A stretch of 62,793 nt of DNA, the filler included, from an uncultured bacterium (lineage in GTDB: Bacteria > JAGOEH01), in NCBI GenBank assembly GCA_964632485.1. It is 2 parts of 2 records of this genome, joined end to end, with 100 filler letters (N's around TTAATTAATTAA, not from the genome) between each part and the next. Parts side by side here need not be neighbours in the genome. Positions count along the whole stretch, not along the records: positions 1 to 31,852 come from CAZWDO010000032.1; 1 more part is not named here. One strand, written 5' to 3'. Numbering within the stretch: position 1 is the stretch's first letter; every line of letters starts with the position of its first letter. The notes under the pieces were generated by a model. It did no database searches. It worked only from the letters and a program-made list of their open reading frames with translations, and was not told where the DNA came from. The position numbers and the translations under genes are program-made. Shown in pieces: positions 17,474 through 28,188 of the stretch.

Positions 17474-20344
17474 TCAATAATTCCAACCGAAGAAGAACTG
17501 GAATTTAGCGTGTTTCGGGAATCGTGTAAAATCGGTAGTTCGCGCGAAATCCCAACGTAAACAGAGGGAATTGAATAGATTTAAGCGGAATCCGAAGCCA
17601 AAATCACCATATAATTGTTCGAAATGCTCGTTCCAGGCATTTCCCACATCGAAAAACAGCGCGCCTTCAATTCGGTTAAAGCTGATACCGGCGATTGGGG
17701 TGGCAATTCCGAGGTACTGAATGATCGGGAATCGCAATTCATTATTGAGTTGGATCAGCTTCCGGCCGACAAAATGGAAATGTTCATAACCGCGCATGGA
17801 CCAACTCCCACCCAGCCAGAATAGATGAGGTTGTTGGCCGCTTGAATACCCCAATTGCAGACGAGTTGCCCAACAGGATTGGTAGGTCAATCGGTAGTAA
17901 TACCGAAAATCGGTTAAAAACAACACATAATGCAATTTTTTACGAGTCAGATTTTCATTTATGCCCAAAGCAATACGAAACCGGTAGCCATCAATGGGGC
18001 CAACTCCGCCCCACATCGATTTATCCACTACATACGCCAGGTATTGTTCCGCCAGTAACGCATTATTAAACACGTATTCCTGATACCAGTCCCGGAACGC
18101 GTTTTTAATATAAAAAGAAAATTCAATGCGTTGAAATCGATTCAACGGATAGCTGATCATTGCCAAAGCCCCATATTTCCGTTCAAAATAGGTTAAATCA
18201 TACGAATATCCATAGCGATAATAATCCGCTAAATGATAAATGCCTACCCCATAATTAAAGCGGTTCTTTAAATTGATATAAGTACAACCCACATTGAAAT
18301 TTTTCAGAATCTCATCCTTGCTCCGCGCAGAATTGCCCAATAAAAAATACCATTGCTGATTACCCAACATATCAGACATTAACAATTGAATTCCACCCGA
18401 TGTGCCCATAGCGGGGTCATAGGTTATCATCGATTGAGCGACATCCAGACTAAATCTGGTTTTATATTTATAAATTGGATAAGCTTCACTTGAAATTGTA
18501 TCCGTATTCAACGGCCATCCGCTCTCCCATGATTTCAAATTTGTAAAAAAAGAATGAGTATTGGCTTCAGACTGCAAACTATCGCTGAGTAACGGACGAT
18601 AGGACCGCTGATAAATCTGATAACTAAACCGGTTTAACCCGGTATAATAGATACGATTGTTTTCCGAATTGTAGCAAACATCAATATTGCCAATCAGACT
18701 GTTGGTTATTTGATGATTGATTTGATTTTCTATATCCAAACAATAGATATTGAATGCGCCGTTAAAATCACTGGTATAGAGCAGTTCATGACTGTTTTTC
18801 CAGATAGGCGACCGAAAATTTGATTTCCCCCGCGTGATAGATTGAATCTCCATCGTTTGCGTATTGATGAGATATAAATGATAATACCCTTCGATGCCAT
18901 CGACACCTCGATCGGATGAAAAGGCAATATGGTATCCATCCGGGGAAAAACTGGGTTCTAAATCGTCATAGTGATCGAAGGTCAATTGTTCTAATGAATC
19001 TTTTTTCCATTCATAACGATATATATCCCGATTTCCCATATAGGTAATTGCAGAAAACGCCAGAAATCGGCCATCTTCGGACCAGGCCGGATAATAGATT
19101 CCCAATAATTTTTCAAACCGTTTTTTAAAAATGACTTTATGTTTTGTCAAATCATAAAAATACAAAACGTCTTTATCCCCGGATTGCGAGACAAATACCA
19201 ATAAAGAATCGTGTAAAGCCAGACGACTTTGCAAAAAATGAAAGGATTCGAAATCCTCACTGAAATTGCCTCGCAGAATCAATTCGGCCCGATCTTTTAT
19301 GGCTGACAGGGTATCAATCTCGGAGGATTTTTCATAGATTCCCAAATAGCCCATGCGGCTGGAAAAAAAATAGAGTTTATCCTGAAGGCAGCCATTTCTC
19401 TCAACCGCAGGAGCAAAATTAAAACCCTTACGTGTTTGTAAAATAGAGACTTTGGGTTCCAATTCTCCAAGCCTCATCAACGGATAATATTTTTTCTTTA
19501 AATAATATTGCCAATCCTGGTCGACCATGGCTAAAGGTTTTTGGTAAATATACTCAAACAGATCATAGAAATTGTCAAATCGCCAAAATTCATTGAATAA
19601 TCGGGTAATCTTGAAATCGCCATAAGCTTCCGCCAGAAAATTCAAAAATGATTGTCCTTCTTTGTACATCAAAAAAGAGCCATTAATCTGATAGATAGCT
19701 TCAATGGGGAAAAGATAATCATTTAATACCGCATCACGCAGATACATATCTGCTTCTTCATCCCAACCCGCCGACCAGTGTTCGGCTAATCCTTCGGTAA
19801 ACCATAGCGGCGGACTATAATAATTAAAGATATTATGCTCCTGGAAAACTGACCGTAACTTATCCAGCATAAAGGCATGAACCAATTCATGTTGCAATAT
19901 TTTTTGAAATTTTGGATAAGAACCGTTGAAGGGCATAACGACCCGCCCCTTGAGAAACTCGGTAAATCCACCAATGCCTTCGGGAATAAACCCACCCACT
20001 GTATTGGTTTCCTGGAAATGGAAATGAGAGCTATAGACTATTAATGGAATTTTACGCGAAAATTCATGGGTATAGCGATTGGCGAGAGAACGGTAAGAGG
20101 ATTCAGCATAAAATGCCGATACTCGAGCTAATTGGTCTTCCCCGGAATAAAAATAGATATCAAAGTGTGTCGTTTCCAGTAATTGCCATTCAAACTGATT
20201 GTATTGAACTTTATTATGTCCGAAATAATATTGTCCGCTAACAGGGGAAAGAGAGAACAGAAGCCAGCCTGCAATACTTATTAACCAGCCGACAGTCCAA
20301 AAGGAACCGGGGAATAACCGACTTGTAAAAACAAAATGTTTCAC
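17474..20344 (-). CDS. Omp85/BamA-family protein with N-terminal zinc-peptidase-like and PD40/TolB propeller domains
   Basis: HELVH plus PLWFTEGLAE (gluzincin-like), PAWSEDG/PSFSPDG repeats, and C-terminal LGGSWSMRGY, FFDVGNAW and FFFGWNY. Confidence 0.85.
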   Translation of the reverse strand: MKHFVFTSRLFPGSFWTVGWLISIAGWLLFSLSPVSGQYYFGHNKVQYNQFEWQLLETTHFDIYFYSGEDQLARVSAFYAESSYRSLANRYTHEFSRKIPLIVYSSHFHFQETNTVGGFIPEGIGGFTEFLKGRVVMPFNGSYPKFQKILQHELVHAFMLDKLRSVFQEHNIFNYYSPPLWFTEGLAEHWSAGWDEEADMYLRDAVLNDYLFPIEAIYQINGSFLMYKEGQSFLNFLAEAYGDFKITRLFNEFWRFDNFYDLFEYIYQKPLAMVDQDWQYYLKKKYYPLMRLGELEPKVSILQTRKGFNFAPAVERNGCLQDKLYFFSSRMGYLGIYEKSSEIDTLSAIKDRAELILRGNFSEDFESFHFLQSRLALHDSLLVFVSQSGDKDVLYFYDLTKHKVIFKKRFEKLLGIYYPAWSEDGRFLAFSAITYMGNRDIYRYEWKKDSLEQLTFDHYDDLEPSFSPDGYHIAFSSDRGVDGIEGYYHLYLINTQTMEIQSITRGKSNFRSPIWKNSHELLYTSDFNGAFNIYCLDIENQINHQITNSLIGNIDVCYNSENNRIYYTGLNRFSYQIYQRSYRPLLSDSLQSEANTHSFFTNLKSWESGWPLNTDTISSEAYPIYKYKTRFSLDVAQSMITYDPAMGTSGGIQLLMSDMLGNQQWYFLLGNSARSKDEILKNFNVGCTYINLKNRFNYGVGIYHLADYYRYGYSYDLTYFERKYGALAMISYPLNRFQRIEFSFYIKNAFRDWYQEYVFNNALLAEQYLAYVVDKSMWGGVGPIDGYRFRIALGINENLTRKKLHYVLFLTDFRYYYRLTYQSCWATRLQLGYSSGQQPHLFWLGGSWSMRGYEHFHFVGRKLIQLNNELRFPIIQYLGIATPIAGISFNRIEGALFFDVGNAWNEHFEQLYGDFGFGFRLNLFNSLCLRWDFARTTDFTRFPKHAKFQFFFGWNY

Positions 20345-20377
20345 TCGTTCACCAGTCCTCTCGGGAATTAATGGGTT

Positions 20378-21019
20378 TTATTTGGGGGTACGAATTAAAT
20401 AAACTCGTTTCATAATCACTTTTTGTACTGGATTGTCGGAGATAGGATCGCGTTGGACCATTGAAATAGAGTCAGCGACTTCTATCCCGGCAATGACTTT
20501 GCCGAATACGGTGTACTTATGATCCAGGCTGGGTAAATCCTTCAGGCAGATATAAAACTGGCATCCGCTCGATTTGCGTTGGGGATTCTGTTCATCTCTC
20601 AGACGGGCGGCGCCCACCGATCCCCGAATATGCTTCATGCCCAATTCGGGCATAATTTCCTGATTGCTATTGCCCAATCCATCATTGGAGGGATCATCAT
20701 CTTTGCTGAGCGGATCTCCGCCCTGTATCACGAAGTCCGGTACAATTCGATGAAAGGTTAGACTATCATAAAATCCAACATTCGCCAGTTGTTTAAAATT
20801 TTTAGCGTGAACTACCGCGACGGTATCGTAAAAATCGATCACCATATTCCCAAAATCAGTTTCAATTACTACCAGTTCACGATTGGGCGGCAAATCGATA
20901 CCCTCCAGCCCGGGATAATCTGTATGTTTTTCCCCGCACATCATATACAGCAGACTAACCCCAATGGCTACACCCAAGAGGATTCTCATCGCGCTCCGCG
21001 CCGCTTGTTTTCGGATCAA
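20378..21019 (-). CDS. Cyclophilin-type peptidyl-prolyl isomerase (probable lipoprotein)
   Basis: FHRIVPDFVIQGGDP, QFYI and YTVFGKV motifs. Confidence 0.93.
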   Translation of the reverse strand: MIRKQAARSAMRILLGVAIGVSLLYMMCGEKHTDYPGLEGIDLPPNRELVVIETDFGNMVIDFYDTVAVVHAKNFKQLANVGFYDSLTFHRIVPDFVIQGGDPLSKDDDPSNDGLGNSNQEIMPELGMKHIRGSVGAARLRDEQNPQRKSSGCQFYICLKDLPSLDHKYTVFGKVIAGIEVADSISMVQRDPISDNPVQKVIMKRVYLIRTPK

Positions 21020-21546
21020 TCCAGCGCTCCTATATAAGGGAGATTCCGGTAATATCCCTCGAAATCGAGTCCATAACCGACAATAAAGCGGTTGGGAATC
21101 GTAAATCCCCGGAAATCGATCGGAACTTCTATTTTACGCGCTTCAGTTTTATCCAGTAATACACATACTTTCAATGATAAGGGATGGCGGGTTTTCAAAT
21201 TTTCCACCAAATAATAAAGGCTTGTTCCGGTATCGACAATATCCTCTACTAAAATAACATGCCGGTTTTCGATATTGGAACTCAGGTCTTTGACCAGACG
21301 GACGACGCCGCTTGATTGCATGGAGTTACCATAGCTGGATATTTCCATGGTATCATAAGTCAATGGGAGTTCAATAGCGCGACATAGATCAGCGAGAAAA
21401 ATTAATCCTCCACGCAGGATACTGATTAAATGGATCTCCTGATTTTTATAGTCCCGGGTAATCCGCGCGCCCAGACTACAAACCTCCCGCTGAATCATTT
21501 CAGCGGAAATCAATATTTCTTTAATGGGTCTAAGTGTTTTAGCCAA
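21016..21546 (-). CDS. hpt: Hypoxanthine phosphoribosyltransferase
   Basis: VILVEDIVDTGTSL PRPP loop and FIVGYGLD..YRNLPYIG. Confidence 0.95.
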   Translation of the reverse strand: MAKTLRPIKEILISAEMIQREVCSLGARITRDYKNQEIHLISILRGGLIFLADLCRAIELPLTYDTMEISSYGNSMQSSGVVRLVKDLSSNIENRHVILVEDIVDTGTSLYYLVENLKTRHPLSLKVCVLLDKTEARKIEVPIDFRGFTIPNRFIVGYGLDFEGYYRNLPYIGALD

Positions 21547-23068
21547 ATTTACCTCTATTTTTAAATTGGTTAAATGCGTCAGCCAAATGAGAAATCAAAT
21601 CAGTCGCCGTCAATGAGTATTCGCCCAACCGTTCGGCTGCCAGATCACCACTCAGCGCGTGAATAAAAACGGCGGTTCGGGAAGCGGATGCCACGCTCAT
21701 GCTTTGGGCTAACAAGCCCGCAACAATTCCGGTCAGTACATCCCCTGAACCCGCTGTTGCCATTCCGCTGTTGCCGTTGAGATTAATATAAATTTGTCCG
21801 TCCGGGAAACCGATCAGCGTCGGTATCATTTTAAAAATAACATAAATCTGATACTTTTTGCAAAAATTTCCCAAATAATCTAATGGAGCTTGCTGCAACC
21901 TGTTTACAGAAATACCCAATAAACCTGCAAACTCACCGGGATGCGGGGTTAAGACAATTCTTTTGGATACCGCTTTATCCAGATACGCGGCATCAAGATT
22001 ATTAATGCCGTCGGCATCAATAACTAAGGGGTTTGCCCAGTGTTGAAGAACGTAAAGAATAAGATTCCGTTGAGGTTCCCCAGTTCCCAAACCAGGTCCC
22101 AGCGCGATGATATCGGGCCATTGCATATACTGCTCCCACAAATCTAAAAGATTCGCCCATTGCGCAACAGGCTGGACCATTAATTCGGGATGCTGAAGCG
22201 GGATAGAAGACGTGGCATCAATGGGAGCATACCAACGAACCATGCCGCAACCGCTTTTCAGCGCCGCCAGACTGCATAGCATTCCGGCGCCCATCATTCC
22301 GGACTGTCCGGCAATCACTCCTACCCGGCCAAAAAGTGTTTTGTAACCATATTTCGGCCTCAAAGGCAGTTGCAAGGTTTCATCATTATTAGTAAAAATA
22401 AAAGGTTGGATTTCTGAGAGCGCCTGGCGCGCTGAACCGATCGGTGCGACTGTAATCTGGCCGCAGTTTTCTCGTCCGGGAGGCAACAGCATGCCCGGTT
22501 TCAAATACGCCATGGTTACGGTATGGTCTGCTTGAAAAACTACACCCCTTTGTTGTCCACCATCGGCCAATAATCCCGAGGGGATATCAACGGCTATCTT
22601 TAGGTGACACTGCAACTGGTTCATTTGATCGATCCATTCAGCTATTGAACCATCCAGTGGGCCATTCAGACCTGTACCCAACATCGCGTCGATAATAACA
22701 TCATCTTTTCCCACGGCAATTTTATCAGCCGATGAATTTTCCTCAATCTCTATGGAATCGATTCTTTGAAGAATCATAAAGTTGGTTAGAGCATCGTTCC
22801 GTAATTCACTGGGATCAGCCCAAAGCAGGACCCGAACAGTCACCTCTTTTTCTGCCAACATGCGGGCCAATGCGAATCCATCGCCCCCATTATTTCCCTT
22901 ATAACAAAATATATGAAATTTTCTCAATTGATGATCGGGAATGATCTGCTCAATCTGGCGCATAATACCACGCGCGGCATTTTCCATCAAAATAATACCG
23001 GGAATCTGATATTTTTCAATACACAAGCGGTCAAATTGGCGCATCTGGTCTTTTAACAAAATAACCAA
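21539..23068 (-). CDS. nnr: Bifunctional NAD(P)H-hydrate epimerase/dehydratase
   Basis: LMENAA, GNNGGDG and VDIPSG (YjeF_N). GPGLG, IDADG, TPHPGE and ATAGSGDVL (dehydratase). Confidence 0.93.
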   Translation of the reverse strand: MVILLKDQMRQFDRLCIEKYQIPGIILMENAARGIMRQIEQIIPDHQLRKFHIFCYKGNNGGDGFALARMLAEKEVTVRVLLWADPSELRNDALTNFMILQRIDSIEIEENSSADKIAVGKDDVIIDAMLGTGLNGPLDGSIAEWIDQMNQLQCHLKIAVDIPSGLLADGGQQRGVVFQADHTVTMAYLKPGMLLPPGRENCGQITVAPIGSARQALSEIQPFIFTNNDETLQLPLRPKYGYKTLFGRVGVIAGQSGMMGAGMLCSLAALKSGCGMVRWYAPIDATSSIPLQHPELMVQPVAQWANLLDLWEQYMQWPDIIALGPGLGTGEPQRNLILYVLQHWANPLVIDADGINNLDAAYLDKAVSKRIVLTPHPGEFAGLLGISVNRLQQAPLDYLGNFCKKYQIYVIFKMIPTLIGFPDGQIYINLNGNSGMATAGSGDVLTGIVAGLLAQSMSVASASRTAVFIHALSGDLAAERLGEYSLTATDLISHLADAFNQFKNRGKFG

Positions 23069-23077
23069 GAAAACTCC

Positions 23078-24046
23078 TTAATGGGCCTGGTTGAAAAGCG
23101 GTTCATATTCATTCAGAATAAGCCAGGACTGGTCAATAGCCATGTATGTATCCGCTGATTCCATTAAATCACGCGAAGTATTGTGGGGGAACGAATAGAT
23201 TTCTACCATAGGACCCAATGTTTTTAAAATATTCACCAGTGGAACGAAATCGCCATCTCCGCTCACCAAAGCGATTACATCAAATTTATCCGCCAAAGAT
23301 AGCATGTCTATCGTAATTTCAATATCCCAATTGGCTTTAGCCGATCCATCCGCGCGTAAACGAAGATTCTTGCTTTTAACTTCAAATCCACGATGTTGTA
23401 GCATAGTAATAAATCCGGACTGATCGACATCCGAGGTTACAACCACATAAGATAACGCGCGAATCAGCCGTCGATGATTCAGTATGGTTTTTAACAAAAA
23501 ATCAAAATCAAGTTTAGCATTAAATTGCCTGGCTCCGTAAAATATATTCTGTACATCCACAAACAAGCCCACACGGATATCCTGTTGACGCAATCGACTG
23601 ATGAGACGACGAGGAGGCCCTTGTTCTTCCAGCATTTTCTTCTTCAGTTGGGTCATCTCTGCTTTCATGTCGTTCAGCCGATTAAGAACCTGATTCCATT
23701 GGCCGATATTTGTATTCTTCAATTCACCCAACGACTTTTCGATGCGTTGGTTAAAAATATTATCATGACTTGTGTCTTCAAAAACCGGGTTCTCTTTTAT
23801 CTGTTGCTGTTGATTGTATTGCTGCCAGTCTTTCTGCAGATTGACATATTTGATTTTTATTCCCCGCAAAATCTTAAGCTCTTGTTCAAATTGGACAATT
23901 TTTTGCTGTTTACGGTTAAGCTCGGACTCCTGGGTCGCGCGAATCTGTTCGCTGGCCTCTAAGCGTTGATTCAACTGATTTGTATCGCGTTGGAGCTGTT
24001 TGATTTGATCGCGAAGATTGGCAATTTTATTACGTAATTCGTCCAT
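23078..24046 (-). CDS. NYN (LabA/DUF88) domain protein with long N-terminal coiled coil
   Basis: FVDVQNI, KANWDIEITID, LVSGDGDF and YMAID motifs. The first ~140 aa are heptad, Q/E/K/L-rich. Confidence 0.85.
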   Translation of the reverse strand: MDELRNKIANLRDQIKQLQRDTNQLNQRLEASEQIRATQESELNRKQQKIVQFEQELKILRGIKIKYVNLQKDWQQYNQQQQIKENPVFEDTSHDNIFNQRIEKSLGELKNTNIGQWNQVLNRLNDMKAEMTQLKKKMLEEQGPPRRLISRLRQQDIRVGLFVDVQNIFYGARQFNAKLDFDFLLKTILNHRRLIRALSYVVVTSDVDQSGFITMLQHRGFEVKSKNLRLRADGSAKANWDIEITIDMLSLADKFDVIALVSGDGDFVPLVNILKTLGPMVEIYSFPHNTSRDLMESADTYMAIDQSWLILNEYEPLFNQAH

Positions 24047-24122
24047 AAAAAATAAAGGGACATAATAAATATGCCCCTGATTGGATAATACAAGGGACCC
24101 AAGTCAAAACTTGAGTCCCTTG
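24047..24122 (-). terminator. Two tandem hairpins downstream of ppdK
   Basis: Minus strand CAAGGGACTCAAGT-TTTG-ACTTGGGTCCCTTG (24122-24091), then AGGGGCATA-TTTAT-TATGTCCCT followed by TTATTTTTT (24078-24047). Confidence 0.65.
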
Positions 24123-24138
24123 AGGTTATTAAAAGCGC

Positions 24139-26856
24139 TTATTTCGATAATTTTTCACGAGCAACGGCCTGAGCGGCAGCCAAACGGGCGATCGGAACCC
24201 GGAAGGGTGAGCAGCTCACATAATCCATGCCGATGCGATGGCAAAATTCGACGGATTGGGGATCGCCGCCATGTTCGCCACAAATACCCACTTTGAGTTT
24301 GGGACGAGCCGAACGGCCTTTTTTCGTTCCCATTTCCACCAATTGACCCACACCTTCCTGGTCGAGTGTCTGGAACGGATCTGCCGGCAGTAATTTTTCT
24401 GATAAATAAATAGGTAAAAAACTGCCGATATCGTCTCGGCTAAAACCGAAGGTCATCTGGGTTAAATCATTGGTACCAAAAGAGAAAAATTCGGCTTCCT
24501 CGGCAATTTTATCCGCTGTCAACGCTGCGCGGGGAATTTCGATCATCGTTCCGACCATATACTCAATTTTGATGCCCTTTTCTTGCATGACATCTTTAGC
24601 GGCTTGATGGATGATCTCTTTTTGCTTGATGTATTCTTTAACATTACCAATCAAAGGAACCATTACTTCGGGCAATACCTTGATTCCCTCTTTGGTTAAA
24701 TCGCAGGCCGCTTCAAAAATGGCTCGCGCTTGCATTGTGGAAATTTCAGGATAGGAGTTCCCTAACCGACATCCACGATGTCCCAGCATTGGATTCAATT
24801 CATGCAAAACGCGGACTTTAGATTGGACTTTTTCCAAGGGAACACCCATTTCCTCAGCCATTTCTTTTTGATTAGCTTCTTCCTGCGGTAAAAATTCATG
24901 CAATGGCGGGTCCAGTAAGCGGATCGTTACGGGCAAATCTTTCATGGCCTTGAGAATACCATAAAAATCATCGCGCTGATAGGGCAATAATTCGTCCAAT
25001 GCTTTCTGGCGCTCTTCCAAAGTATCAGCTAAAATCATTTTGCGCATGGATTTAATACGTTCACCTTCGAAAAACATGTGCTCAGTCCGCGTCAAACCAA
25101 TGCCCTCAGCTCCGAACCGGCGGGCGCGTTCGGCGTCTTTGGGAGTATCTGCGTTCGTTCTCACTCGTAAACGACGAATACCATCCGCCCATTCCATCAA
25201 TATGCCAAATTCACCACTGAATCCAACTTCCGATGTAGGAATTTGACCCAGCATCACTTCACCGGTACTTCCGTCAAGAGAAATCCAGTCGCCTTCTTTG
25301 ACGACGCTACCCTTGACTTCAAATTGCCGTTTTTTATATTCAATATTAACATCAGCGCAGCCGGAAACGCAACATTTACCCATGCCGCGAGCCACAACAG
25401 CCGCATGAGAGGTCTTGCCACCACGCGCGGTTAAAATACCCACGGCTCTATCCATTCCAGCGACATCCTCAGGCGACGTTTCAATACGAACTAAAATCAC
25501 TTTTTTACCGTCATCGGCCCATTCAACCGCATCAGTCGCATGAAAAACAACCTGTCCAACGGCAGCGCCGGGAGAAGCAGCCAGACCACGCGCTATAATA
25601 TTTTTCTTGGCTTTCGTGTCGAATTGAGGGTGAAGTAGCTGATTCAGTGAATCGGGTTCAACTCGTAAAATTGCTTCTTCCTGGGAAATCAATTTTTCCT
25701 GAACCATATCGACTGCTATTTTAACCGATGCCGCGGCTGTACGTTTCCCATTCCGGGTTTGCAACATATATAATTTGTCTTGCTGGATTGTAAATTCAAT
25801 ATCCTGCATATCCCGATAATGCTTTTCCAGTTTCTGATAAACCTTAACCAATTCGAGATAAACTCCAGGCATACTTTCTTCCAGCGAAGGAAATTTTTTA
25901 GAACGATCCTCTTTACTCACCTTACTTTCTTCGGCCCAACGTTTGGAATCCATTATAGTAATCTGTTGAGGAGTACGAATGCCGGCCACCACATCCTCAC
26001 CCTGGGCATTGATCAAATATTCGCCAAAAAAATGTTTGTCGCCCGTAGCAGGATCGCGGGTAAAAGCCACACCTGTGGCGCAATCATCGCCCATATTGCC
26101 GAAAACCATGGCCTGAACGTTAACAGCAGTTCCCCATTCATCGGGAATTTTGTTCAAACGACGATAGGTAATCGCGCGATCGTTTTGCCATGAACCGAAT
26201 ACCGCGCCAATGGCGCCCCATAATTGCTGCCAGGGGTCTTCCGGGAAATCAACTCCCAGCCGTTCCTTAATTTTAGCTTTAAAGCGATTCGCCAGCTCCT
26301 TCAGATCGGCAGCCGTAAACTGGGTATCGAGTTTGATCTTCTTCTCTTCCTTCATCTGGTCGATGATCTCTTCAAAAGGATCATGTTCCTCTTTGTTTTC
26401 CGGTTTCAATCCAAGAACAACATCTCCGAACATCTGGATAAAACGTCGGTAAGAATCCCAGGCAAACCGTTCATTGCCGCTCTTTTTGATTAAACCTTCC
26501 ACAATTCGTTCGTTAATCCCCAGATTTAATACCGTATCCATCATCCCCGGCATAGAAGCGCGGGCGCCGGAACGAACCGAGACTAAAAGCGGATTAGACG
26601 GATCGCCAAACTTCATGCCCATTTGTTCTTCGGTCTTGATCATTGCATTCTTAACTTCTGTATCGAGACCGGCCGGGTAAGTATTACTGTTCGTGTAATA
26701 CGCGGTACATACTTCTGTGGTAATAGTAAAACCGGCAGGTACCGGAATTTCCAGTTTACACATTTCCGCCAGGTTAGCGCCTTTGCCACCCAGCAGATTT
26801 TTCATCGAGGCGTCGCCATCGTTGTACTTGCTGCCAAACTGATAAACCATTTTCAT
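24139..26856 (-). CDS. ppdK: Pyruvate, phosphate dikinase
   Basis: LLGGKGANLAEM, VSVRSGA, GGKTSHAAVVARG (phospho-His), SFGTNDLTQ and GICGEHGG. Confidence 0.98.
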   Translation of the reverse strand: MKMVYQFGSKYNDGDASMKNLLGGKGANLAEMCKLEIPVPAGFTITTEVCTAYYTNSNTYPAGLDTEVKNAMIKTEEQMGMKFGDPSNPLLVSVRSGARASMPGMMDTVLNLGINERIVEGLIKKSGNERFAWDSYRRFIQMFGDVVLGLKPENKEEHDPFEEIIDQMKEEKKIKLDTQFTAADLKELANRFKAKIKERLGVDFPEDPWQQLWGAIGAVFGSWQNDRAITYRRLNKIPDEWGTAVNVQAMVFGNMGDDCATGVAFTRDPATGDKHFFGEYLINAQGEDVVAGIRTPQQITIMDSKRWAEESKVSKEDRSKKFPSLEESMPGVYLELVKVYQKLEKHYRDMQDIEFTIQQDKLYMLQTRNGKRTAAASVKIAVDMVQEKLISQEEAILRVEPDSLNQLLHPQFDTKAKKNIIARGLAASPGAAVGQVVFHATDAVEWADDGKKVILVRIETSPEDVAGMDRAVGILTARGGKTSHAAVVARGMGKCCVSGCADVNIEYKKRQFEVKGSVVKEGDWISLDGSTGEVMLGQIPTSEVGFSGEFGILMEWADGIRRLRVRTNADTPKDAERARRFGAEGIGLTRTEHMFFEGERIKSMRKMILADTLEERQKALDELLPYQRDDFYGILKAMKDLPVTIRLLDPPLHEFLPQEEANQKEMAEEMGVPLEKVQSKVRVLHELNPMLGHRGCRLGNSYPEISTMQARAIFEAACDLTKEGIKVLPEVMVPLIGNVKEYIKQKEIIHQAAKDVMQEKGIKIEYMVGTMIEIPRAALTADKIAEEAEFFSFGTNDLTQMTFGFSRDDIGSFLPIYLSEKLLPADPFQTLDQEGVGQLVEMGTKKGRSARPKLKVGICGEHGGDPQSVEFCHRIGMDYVSCSPFRVPIARLAAAQAVAREKLSK

Positions 26857-28058
26857 AATTCTGATTCTCCTTTGATTGGATTTGATTCATTCTTCACTTC
26901 TTCTAAATTCTGATCCGCCATTTCTTCACTAACCTCTTCATCGAAATCTTCCTCTTCCTGAGCCAGTTTAATCAGATCTTCATCATCTTTTTTATAGCGG
27001 ATAATGAGATATGCCAAAGTATCGCCAACACTTAAAATTGAAAAATAATAAGCAACCCCCGCCAATAACATCAGGAACAAAATAAACGTCAAAGCATAAC
27101 TGGCAAAATCCATAGTAGCCGAAACAGATAAAGGCTTTTGCCAAGAAGGAGTAGCAATCCATTGCAGGGGCGCAAATAATGGAGACGAATCAATCATCTG
27201 CCATTGAGGAAAAAGTTTCTGTATATAATAGTAAGCATTATTGACAAGCGCAAAAATCTTATCCCCGGCAACAATTGCAAAAACTTTATAAAAAATCTGA
27301 AATCCCTGATATAACGACCACAACCAGATAAAAAAACCGACGATTGCCTGGAGAGAATTGTAAATTGAATAACCGATCAAACGCGCTGGCTGGCTGGAAA
27401 CAGACGAAAACAGTTGATAAACCACTTCGAAAAAATCATCTTCGATTACCGCCGCTATTGGAGCAGTAAATCGTAATGAAATAATTCCCACAATTCCGAT
27501 AAACAATACAATCAGCGTAAAAGGAATAATCAAGAACATGATAAAACTGTTAAAAATTTCGCCAAAATAGGGAATTTTAAAAATCAAAGCTTCCACTAAA
27601 CCGCCGATTATAATCGCTGCAGCTAAAAATAAAATTAAAACCGGAGAAAAAACAACTTTTTTCCAATTATTGAAAGCCGATTTTATTGCATCAACTGTTC
27701 CAAAGAAAAAATTGCCTTTTAATTCTTCGAAAGTAACCCGGGAAGCGGCATAGATACCCAACATCAATAAAAAGAATGCCAGAACAAATCCCATATATTC
27801 AAGAATCTGGCCATACCAGGGAAAATTTAAAGCCCTGAAATCGGGCAGTATCCCAAATTTCATCCACCAGAGGCCCAAACGGGTCGATCCCTCCTGGAAA
27901 CTAACGGCCGATACCCAGGCAGCAAGCCAATTTAACAGGTTATACACGGCTAACGCCATGAACATAAAAAATCCAATCGCTCCGATTCTTTTAAAAGAGA
28001 AAGCTTTACGTGGAGCTGTGATCAAATCGTGGAAACAAAATTTAAGTTGTTCGTTCAC
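26853..28058 (-). CDS. Multi-pass membrane protein of unknown function with acidic tail
   Basis: GTG at 28058 follows AGGAGG. Several TM segments. The stop overlaps the ppdK start. Confidence 0.75.
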   Translation of the reverse strand: MNEQLKFCFHDLITAPRKAFSFKRIGAIGFFMFMALAVYNLLNWLAAWVSAVSFQEGSTRLGLWWMKFGILPDFRALNFPWYGQILEYMGFVLAFFLLMLGIYAASRVTFEELKGNFFFGTVDAIKSAFNNWKKVVFSPVLILFLAAAIIIGGLVEALIFKIPYFGEIFNSFIMFLIIPFTLIVLFIGIVGIISLRFTAPIAAVIEDDFFEVVYQLFSSVSSQPARLIGYSIYNSLQAIVGFFIWLWSLYQGFQIFYKVFAIVAGDKIFALVNNAYYYIQKLFPQWQMIDSSPLFAPLQWIATPSWQKPLSVSATMDFASYALTFILFLMLLAGVAYYFSILSVGDTLAYLIIRYKKDDEDLIKLAQEEEDFDEEVSEEMADQNLEEVKNESNPIKGESEL

Positions 28059-28086
28059 TGATACCTCCTGGAAACGGGTTAATAAT

Positions 28087-28170
28087 ATAATTAACATTTT
28101 TTCCAACAAAAGTCAAGCAATTTTTTGAAAAAACGGCTTGACTTTCACACGAAAAATTTGTATTTATAGT
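28087..28170. promoter_or_regulatory. Divergent sigma70 promoters
   Basis: TTGACT on each strand (minus ~28116, plus 28138), each followed by AT-rich -10-like hexamers. Confidence 0.45.
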
Positions 28171-28188
28171 AGCAACTAAGGAGTAGCA

